Positions 63,361 to 64,000 of a DNA stretch of 64,000 nt are shown here, piece by piece; position 1 is the first letter of the stretch; the number at the start of each line of letters is the position of its first letter. Below the pieces are notes generated by a model, which had not been told where the DNA came from, made no database searches, and worked only from the letters and a program-made list of their open reading frames with translations. Position numbers and translations under genes: made by a program. The stretch is from Penicillus capitatus (taxonomy: Eukaryota > Plantae > Chlorophyta): positions 1,342,786 to 1,406,785 of the forward strand of contig OZ287702.1 of assembly GCA_965649825.1 (NCBI GenBank), written 5' to 3'.

Positions 63361-63665
63361 CGTGTGGCGCCACGACGGATGCCTATCTTTCTGCCGTCGT
63401 CTCCGCCCTCAACACTGCTGCCGTCCAATTCACACCGGATGTCATTCTCTACGTTGCTGGAACGAATGTACTGGAGGAAGATTATAGTGGACAGTTCTGT
63501 GTCACCCGAGACGATGTCTATCAGCGAGATCGTCTCGTTTTTCAGTTCGCCCAGACAAAAGGCGTGCCAATTTGTATGTTGGTATCCAGTGGATATGGCA
63601 AGACCAATTTCGAAGTGGTGGCTGAATCTGTACGACGTCTTGTGACTGAATTACCATTGTGTTAA
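62616..63665 (+). CDS. Class IV (HDAC11/HDA2-like) deacetylase homologue, intronless, catalytic residues substituted
   Basis: PIVYS..YN..F.GLEKL..FDA, ERGWAI.LGGG, AHQGNG, RD.LVF and GY all align with HDAC11. Confidence 0.9.
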   Translation: MADGTAFTMVELKTTSASIKEHYLSLGTWPSNDKLPIVYSRNYNVAFYGLEKLNSFDAWKLDRIFQVLVEHGLVREGEQPSPVGPVPDEILAAVHEASYLQQTNTSKLSVIRLTELPGLILLPQFMIQRHIVTPLKYQVAGTVLALGIALERGWAIHLGGGMIHGSYNRGAGWCPYDDVSCAIHYARSHVPSIQRVMVIDLGAHQGNGYQNTKLHFQDEDLFIVDVYNEVTFPQDLNARKAINVGRSLPCGATTDAYLSAVVSALNTAAVQFTPDVILYVAGTNVLEEDYSGQFCVTRDDVYQRDRLVFQFAQTKGVPICMLVSSGYGKTNFEVVAESVRRLVTELPLC

Positions 63666-63704
63666 TCCTTTTTCGCGTTTGTACGTTCGGTCAGGCCTCT
63701 TACG

Positions 63705-64000
63705 ATGGCGGAATCGTCTGAACGTGTGCAGAAATTCGTGGAGAATGCAAAGCAGAAGCTTCAGGTCTATCTAGACCGCAGCTCGCGCTACATCGCCTAC
63801 CGATGGGCCGTCCTCGTGACGCTATGGTGTGCATACTTTATCCGAGTCTACCTCCTGGAAGGTTTCTACATCGTCACCTATGGCCTCGGCATTTTCAATC
63901 TCAACCTCCTTCTCGGCTTCCTGTCGCCTCAAATCGATCCAGAGAGCGAAGGAGACGTCCTGCCCACCATCAACAACGACGAATTCAAACCCTTTGTCCG
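63705..64000 (+). CDS. RER1: Golgi-to-ER retrieval receptor RER1 (runs off the window)
   Basis: YLD...RW...FYIVTYGLGIFNLNLLLGFLSPQIDPE...LPT..NDEFKPFVR. Confidence 0.95.
   Translation, partial: MAESSERVQKFVENAKQKLQVYLDRSSRYIAYRWAVLVTLWCAYFIRVYLLEGFYIVTYGLGIFNLNLLLGFLSPQIDPESEGDVLPTINNDEFKPFV

Overview
Eukaryotic nuclear DNA, most likely a green alga (Chlorophyta). The basis is plant-type DapB with a plastid transit peptide, KCBP/ZWICHEL, a RUS/DUF647 gene, an SnRK2-like kinase, ~40-60 nt GT-AG introns and the standard genetic code. A siphonous ulvophyte is a guess only. I see no rRNA, tRNA or CRISPR array. The window is a rearranged, duplication-rich block. Compact housekeeping genes (SF3B5, kinase, DUF1757, RUS-like, PTEN, a complex I subunit, NAA10, COX15, DapB, RPN3, HDAC11-like, JmjC/NO66-like, RER1) sit among four copies of an intron-bearing class I methyltransferase, pseudogene fragments (XPF x3, PI4K-alpha, truncated DapB and HDAC) and decayed LINE remnants. 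Three 2-3 kb duplications (one direct, two inverted) share a signature: the central genes are intact in both copies, and each copy keeps a different one of the two ancestral flanking genes. Other highlights are an intact HDAC11-like ORF lacking two Zn ligands and a catalytic His, an apparently intact motor-less KCBP, a signal-peptide ankyrin gene built from twelve consecutive 99-nt phase-0 exons, a kinase with a rewired catalytic loop, and co-oriented gene pairs only 14-87 nt apart. All exon models were read by hand, and family calls rest on recalled motifs rather than database searches.
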